Assembly (NCBI GenBank): GCA_951406725.2
Contig: OX597822.1
Location: 97,712,001-97,776,000, forward strand
DNA from: Octopus vulgaris
Lineage: Eukaryota
DNA: 64,000 nucleotides
Reading direction: 5' to 3'
Shown piece after piece: positions 63,963 through 64,000 of the stretch. Both the position numbers and the translations under genes were made by a program. Each line of letters begins with the position of its first letter. The stretch's first letter is position 1. The notes beneath the pieces were generated by a model. It was not told the origin of the DNA. It searched no databases and saw only the letters and a program-made list of their open reading frames with translations.

Positions 63963-64000
<38 letters not shown>
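63736..64000 (-). mobile_element. tRNA SINE family A (runs off the window)
   Basis: The 3' half is nearly identical to 14369-14600. Confidence 0.9.

Overview
Eukaryotic, AT-rich window dominated by repeats. The SINE families and microsatellite load suggest an octopus (cephalopod) genome; this is inferred from recognised repeat families, not from a search. LINE content: two decayed Tx1/L1-like LINEs (30363-35596, ~40400-44370), one nearly intact CR1-group LINE whose ORF2 is broken by a single TGA (52127-55235), R4/Dong-type RT-RLE relics beside (TAA)n tracts, and other RT fragments. DNA-element content: Tc1/mariner relics, Helitron pieces and several MITEs (piggyBac-, hAT- and 6-bp-TSD types). 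There are also at least five SINE-like families and many microsatellites. The only plausible host gene is a single-exon 165-aa orphan ORF (49279-49776, minus strand) in a repeat-poor island, with tandem CCAAT boxes and a TATA-like element upstream. Main leads: (1) that orphan gene, with a myristoylation-like N-terminus and an RVxF PP1-docking motif; (2) a Tx1 LINE and a Nin-domain SINE that share a 3' tail and insert into the SINE's own head; (3) type-I hammerhead ribozyme motifs; (4) a non-coding element found next to (TAA)n; (5) long fold-back elements. Repeat boundaries were read by eye and are approximate unless a TSD or TIR is quoted.
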